A stretch of 34,621 nucleotides of DNA from Dehalococcoidia bacterium (GTDB lineage: Bacteria; Chloroflexota; Dehalococcoidia; GIF9; AB-539-J10): contig SOHS01000176.1 of the NCBI GenBank assembly GCA_004377135.1, positions 1 through 34,621 of the forward strand. Reading direction: 5' to 3'. Positions 34,379 to 34,621 of the stretch are shown here, piece by piece (position 1 is the first letter of the stretch; every line of letters starts with the position of its first letter). The position numbers and the translations under genes are program-made. A model generated the notes under the pieces. The model ran no database searches. It was not told the DNA's origin and saw only the letters and a list, made by a program, of their open reading frames with translations.

Positions 34379-34621
34379 ATGCCGATAAAGTTCAAATTCG
34401 AAAATGTGGATAAGGGAGCATGGGTCCTGCTGCGCCAAGCCCACAACCTGGTTTTGAAGTGTGAGGACAAGGTATTTAGTGAGTACGAGCTAACTACGGA
34501 GCAGCACGCAGTGCTTATGGCTATAAAACACATCAGTGGGCCTGTAAGAATAACTGACATAGCCCAGTGGTTAGACCGTAGCGTGAACAGCGTCAGTATG
34601 ATAATCGACCGCATGGTCAAA
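34379..34621 (+). CDS. second MarR-family regulator, 3' end beyond the window
   Basis: Not in the ORF track because no stop is reached. ATG 34379 follows GAAGGAG plus 6 nt. Translation is MPIKFKFENVDKGAWVLLRQAHNLVLKCEDKVFSEYELTTEQHAVLMAIKHISGPVRITDIAQWLDRSVNSVSMIIDRMVK, paralogous to the upstream MarR. Confidence 0.82.
   Translation, partial: MPIKFKFENVDKGAWVLLRQAHNLVLKCEDKVFSEYELTTEQHAVLMAIKHISGPVRITDIAQWLDRSVNSVSMIIDRMVK

Noticed and set aside
33503-34444. 313-aa ORF on the minus strand, one of the longest in the right-hand region
   Set aside because: It lies entirely antisense to the well-supported MarR gene (33717-34358) and its intergenic region. Its translation is low-complexity, Leu/Ser/Phe-rich, with no recognisable domain or Shine-Dalgarno sequence. 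It is a shadow ORF.
1-34621. tRNA, rRNA, tmRNA, CRISPR arrays, transposases/integrases, toxin-antitoxin or known defence genes
   Set aside because: I scanned all intergenic gaps for T-loop (GGTTCGAATCC-like) and acceptor patterns, and scanned for regularly spaced repeats. The only long repeat is the intragenic 345-bp PAS duplication, and no ORF translation resembles a recombinase or defence protein.

Overview
This window looks like the chromosomal replication-origin neighbourhood of a Dehalococcoidia-like (Chloroflexota) bacterium. That assignment is an inference from gene content and order, not a search result. The left 13.7 kb is densely packed housekeeping: dinB (5'-truncated), ilvE, a tight relA-rpsT-lexA-aldolase unit, hisS, gyrB, nadD, obg, dnaA and fmt. 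Two DnaA boxes and an AT-rich tract sit just downstream of dnaA. The stretch 13.7-18.2 kb is looser. It holds a DUF401 membrane protein, a nitroreductase and an acyl-CoA dehydrogenase, separated by three long non-coding gaps. Next comes a minus-strand C1/folate cluster: cooC-folD-fhs plus a small multi-cluster Fe-S protein. It is followed by a LOG-family gene, rplU-rpmA-rpmE and a DUF1385 gene. After that is a pantothenate operon (DmpA-like, DUF2520 oxidoreductase, panD, panB, panC) preceded by its own promoter, structured leader and terminator. The right end is a sensory/regulatory block: a soluble multi-PAS histidine kinase, a convergent LuxR-type response regulator and two tandem MarR genes, the second running off the window. 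The points most worth follow-up are:
- The riboswitch-like pan leader and the unusual pan operon composition.
- A 98.8%-identical in-frame 345-bp tandem duplication of a PAS domain.
- Two conserved genes (rplU and the Fe-S protein) that have no ATG/GTG/TTG available at their homology-supported N-termini.
- Repeated promoter/operator-like motifs around the two-component genes.
- A 540-bp unexplained non-coding block.
I found no tRNA, rRNA, CRISPR array or transposase. All calls come from reading the translations and sequence by eye; no database or folding computation was run.
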